Part shown: positions 24,629 to 26,942 of the stretch, piece after piece
Layout of the letters: each line of letters begins with the position of its first letter
How positions within the stretch are numbered: position 1 is the first letter of the stretch
Source of the DNA: a virus
Lineage: Duplodnaviria; Caudoviricetes
Strand: one strand, 5' to 3'
Length of the DNA stretch: 26,942 bases
IMG/VR virus record: IMGVR_UViG_3300033076_000132
Span: 1-26,942 of that record
Translations under genes and position numbers: made by a program
The notes under the pieces: model-generated
What the model saw: only the letters and a program-made list of their open reading frames with translations
Databases searched by the model: none
Told to the model about the DNA's origin: nothing

Positions 24629-24644
24629 TACTTCAACTTTCCTC

Positions 24645-24673
24645 TTGACAAATGCTTGACATGTGTGTATTCT
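24645..24673 (+). promoter_or_regulatory. Opposite-strand sigma70-type promoter upstream of gp55
   Basis: TTGACA (24645-24650), 17 nt, TATTCT (24668-24673) with TGTG just upstream; second TTGACA at 24656-24661. Confidence 0.55.
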
Positions 24674-24710
24674 GGCTATGCCAGCGATGATATGAATAAC
24701 TTTATCTGGA

Positions 24711-24992
24711 CTATACTTTAGTCAACGTAGCTAACTTCTTCATCTGCTTGTCTATAATCTCTTTTCTGTTAGGCCACTTAATCATAGGCTTATCTGGATC
24801 TTTTGATAGATTGATAAGTAGTGGCATAAAAATCTTATTCACTGCTTCTAATCTCTGCTTAAGATCATCTACTTGTTCCTGTAAAGTAGAGAAAGACTTA
24901 TTTTCCTCAACAATATCATCTTCATGTGCAAATGTAAATCCAAAATCATCTGTTTCATCTTCGAGGTCAAGATAGTTGTTTTTGTTTACCAT
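24711..24992 (-). CDS. Conserved hypothetical protein (coiled coil)
   Basis: DDFGFT, PLLINL..DP.K..IKWPNR; TAATG coupling. Confidence 0.75.
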   Translation of the reverse strand: MVNKNNYLDLEDETDDFGFTFAHEDDIVEENKSFSTLQEQVDDLKQRLEAVNKIFMPLLINLSKDPDKPMIKWPNRKEIIDKQMKKLATLTKV

Positions 24993-25459
24993 TAGTGTAA
25001 TGTCCCTTTATCATTTTTACTAAGTTTAGCTAAGTATTCCTGAACTTCGTTAAACTCATCAGAATCTAGTAACTCTTCTTCATCATCAGACATTGCTGCT
25101 TCTCTATATAGTTCAGCTTCATCGGACTTACTATGTGACGATTTTCTCTTTTCTTCTTGAACTTGATCGAAGTATTCTACAGTCTTATAATAGTAATCTG
25201 TGAGAGATTCTGTAGGTTCAGTGATCATCATCACGTTTCTCTCATCAACTTCAAAGTTTTGATTGTCTGATATTCGACTAAACATCCATTGCATCAGAGA
25301 GATTGACAGATGTGTACCTTTTGTCATAGGCATATATACAATCTTGAGAGGATTGTTCAGAATGTATTTCTTATTGCCTGCTTCGTTTATGAAGATAGCA
25401 TCTGAAATGACATCTTCGCCAGTTACCATTCTTAGAACCAGTGGTATGTATTCGTCCAT
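24992..25459 (-). CDS. Hypothetical protein, probable Sm-like fold, downstream of uvsW
   Basis: LRMVTGEDVIS, LNNPL, LMQW pattern, acidic tail ending TLH; typical position after uvsW. Confidence 0.7.
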   Translation of the reverse strand: MDEYIPLVLRMVTGEDVISDAIFINEAGNKKYILNNPLKIVYMPMTKGTHLSISLMQWMFSRISDNQNFEVDERNVMMITEPTESLTDYYYKTVEYFDQVQEEKRKSSHSKSDEAELYREAAMSDDEEELLDSDEFNEVQEYLAKLSKNDKGTLH

Positions 25460-25462
25460 AGG

Positions 25463-26941
25463 TCATCCTTTCAATTCAATCTTGTATACCTTAAAGGCAA
25501 ACTTTTCTTCATTATATACTTTGATGCGTTCTGCAAAATGTTTTAGAGTATAGTTTTCGTGCTTCTTATATCGCATGTCATCCGCTATGTCGAACAACTG
25601 TGCAGATTCTTTTGTATCGGACTTTCTCAGCCCTCGTCCGATAGACTGTAAGTTTCTTATCCTTGATTTAGATGGAGAAGCAAATATAATGTTGTGAAGA
25701 TTTCGAATGTTGATTCCAGTGCTAAAAGTACCAAAAGAAGCCACAATAATAGCATTCGTTTCCTTCTCAACGATTTTACGAACATCTTCACGAACATCTA
25801 CTCCTGTTTCACCACTCACAAAGAATACTTTACGGTCTGCACCGACTTTCTTACTTATAATGTCGTGTAGTATCCGTCCATGCTTGTCAACGTACTGGAA
25901 GAGGACGAGGGTATTACCATCCAAGGATACTGCGAGATTAGATATGAATTTGTTCCGTCCCTCATTAAGGACAAGGTATTCAATTTCCTGCTGATAGCTA
26001 AAGTTCTTTGCAGCTTGACAGATTGACTCACCATGTCGTAGAAGTAAGCACTTGATCTGGAACTCAGCCAAGTGCTTCGCGTCCATAAGTTCTTTTGTAG
26101 TGATAACTTTCCTAACGGATCCAAATAAGCCCTCCAGAACCAATCTATGGGTCTTCGTTCCATCCAGAGTACCAGTTGTTCCAATTCTATACTTTGCATT
26201 GATCAATCCCGTCATAATGTCTGTAAGAGACTTGGCTTTGAACTGATGCGCTTCGTCGCCGATCACAAAATCAAATTGTGCAAACCACTTCTTGGGCATC
26301 TTGTATAAAGACTGCCAAGTTGAAATTGTCAGGAACTTATCTGTTTCTTTTTCCTGACCCTGATAAATTTTGTGTATGTTTTCGCTAACGTTCCAGCCAT
26401 TCGTTTCTGAATAATCTTTGAAGTCACTTGTCAACTGTTCCACAAGAGAGACAGTCGGAACAATGATCAAACCCTTCTTTAATCCCCGATATTGGAAAAA
26501 GCAAGCCAACAAATAAATAATAAGAGACTTACCACTTGCAGTGGGGCTAAGAAGTAAAGATCGTCGTGTACGAATTGCATGAACGAATGCATCCAACTGA
26601 TAATCTCTTGGAGCATGTTTCGGCCTTAATTTTTCTACAAACGCATTAGCTTCTGCTAAAGAAAATTCCTCATCATATGCTTCGTTCTCATATTCCCATT
26701 CGTAGTTTCGCTCTTCACAAAACTTGGCTACATAAGGCACAAGTCCACGATATAGCTGTTTGTTTCTAATATCAAACAACCTAATCTTTCCGTCCCACAA
26801 TCTTGCCTTGTATTGAGGCGTAAACTGATAGCCAGGGACTTGGAATGTAAATGCTTCACGAAGTTCGTATGCTATTCCATCATCGCAGATGATTCTTACA
26901 TACGCTTCGTTTTCATTTACTATAATAATCTTATTGTCCAC
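25463..26941 (-). CDS. uvsW: UvsW SF2 DNA helicase
   Basis: WDGKIRLF, PRDYQ, SPTASGKS, DEAH, TGT, STGINI, QSIGRGLR. GTG start at the window edge, so the true start may lie outside. Confidence 0.97.
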   Translation of the reverse strand: MDNKIIIVNENEAYVRIICDDGIAYELREAFTFQVPGYQFTPQYKARLWDGKIRLFDIRNKQLYRGLVPYVAKFCEERNYEWEYENEAYDEEFSLAEANAFVEKLRPKHAPRDYQLDAFVHAIRTRRSLLLSPTASGKSLIIYLLACFFQYRGLKKGLIIVPTVSLVEQLTSDFKDYSETNGWNVSENIHKIYQGQEKETDKFLTISTWQSLYKMPKKWFAQFDFVIGDEAHQFKAKSLTDIMTGLINAKYRIGTTGTLDGTKTHRLVLEGLFGSVRKVITTKELMDAKHLAEFQIKCLLLRHGESICQAAKNFSYQQEIEYLVLNEGRNKFISNLAVSLDGNTLVLFQYVDKHGRILHDIISKKVGADRKVFFVSGETGVDVREDVRKIVEKETNAIIVASFGTFSTGINIRNLHNIIFASPSKSRIRNLQSIGRGLRKSDTKESAQLFDIADDMRYKKHENYTLKHFAERIKVYNEEKFAFKVYKIELKG

Positions 26942-26942
26942 C

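Noticed and set aside
1-26942. CRISPR array, tRNA, intron, intein, stop-codon recoding
   Set aside because: No repeat-spacer array or cloverleaf seen in the short intergenic gaps; core genes have normal lengths; TAA, TAG and TGA all end genes at the expected positions.

Overview
Replication/recombination region of a large T4-like (myovirus-type) phage genome, probably infecting an alphaproteobacterium (inferred from the PstS and Hsp20 sequence types). All credible genes are on the minus strand. In transcription order: uvsW, two hypotheticals, gp55, a hypothetical, gp47, gp46, a free-standing EndoVII/HNH endonuclease, a small conserved protein plus two GREB1/TAGT-like glycosyltransferases, a GC-richer block (hypothetical, HExxH-vWA protein, CobS/MoxR ATPase, wHTH), a GT-A glycosyltransferase, dNMP kinase, gp45, dsbA, a hypothetical, gp44, gp62, regA, a beta-rich conserved protein, dUTPase, hsp20, a 49-aa ORF missing from the track, pstS, and a tightly coupled sugar operon running off the left edge. 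Main points: (1) gmd + Fcl/ColC-like reductase + His-for-Lys ColD-type dehydratase give an apparently complete GDP-colitose pathway among glycosyltransferases, with six GT-like genes in the window; (2) a candidate DNA-glycosylation cassette coupled to a late-controlled endonuclease; (3) several structured RNA leaders (ROSE-like thermometer, H-type pseudoknot, RBS-sequestering hairpin enclosing a late promoter). All family calls come from motif recognition by eye; no searches were run.
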